Assembly (NCBI GenBank): GCA_016748015.1
Contig: JAAOMT010000058.1
Coordinates: forward strand, 79,657 to 143,656
From: Geosiphon pyriformis uo1
Taxonomy: Eukaryota > Fungi > Glomeromycota
Reading direction: 5' to 3'
DNA length: 64,000 nucleotides
Position numbers and translations under genes: made by a program. This document shows positions 63,958 through 64,000 of this stretch, one piece after another (positions within the stretch are counted from its first letter, which is position 1; each line of letters begins with the position of its first letter). The notes below the pieces were generated by a model. The model was not told where the DNA came from. It searched no databases and was given only the letters and a program-made list of their open reading frames with translations.

Positions 63958-64000
<43 letters not shown>

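Overview
AT-rich, intron-containing fungal DNA, most likely Glomeromycotina. The retroelement peptides and lipase-3-like genes resemble my recollection of Geosiphon pyriformis; this is unverified. Host genes reconstructed by hand: the 3' part of a PPR gene, HSV2/WIPI3-4-like PROPPIN, a ~3,600-aa spectrin-repeat + GAS2(GAR) protein needing an 11-nt micro-exon, MIS18 with a GC-AG intron, a deletion-riddled SPT3 pseudogene, a RING/TRAF-zinc-finger protein, and a divergent pair of class-3-lipase-like genes that both lack the catalytic serine. About 25.5-44 kb and 48.3-58.1 kb are nested retroelement stacks. LINE-like elements (ORF1-CCHC, APE, RT, RNase H) carry a full-length dUTPase-containing Ty3/Gypsy element and three solo LTRs, all with 4-bp flanking repeats. 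The most notable signal is a decay series of the same LINE family by C>T/G>A transitions in several dinucleotide contexts. It ends in almost A/T-only 'ghost' copies, which suggests a RIP-like or methylation-coupled TE hypermutation process. Host genes and the SPT3 pseudogene keep their CpGs. Exon boundaries were read by eye; there is a 20-N gap at 1467-1486.
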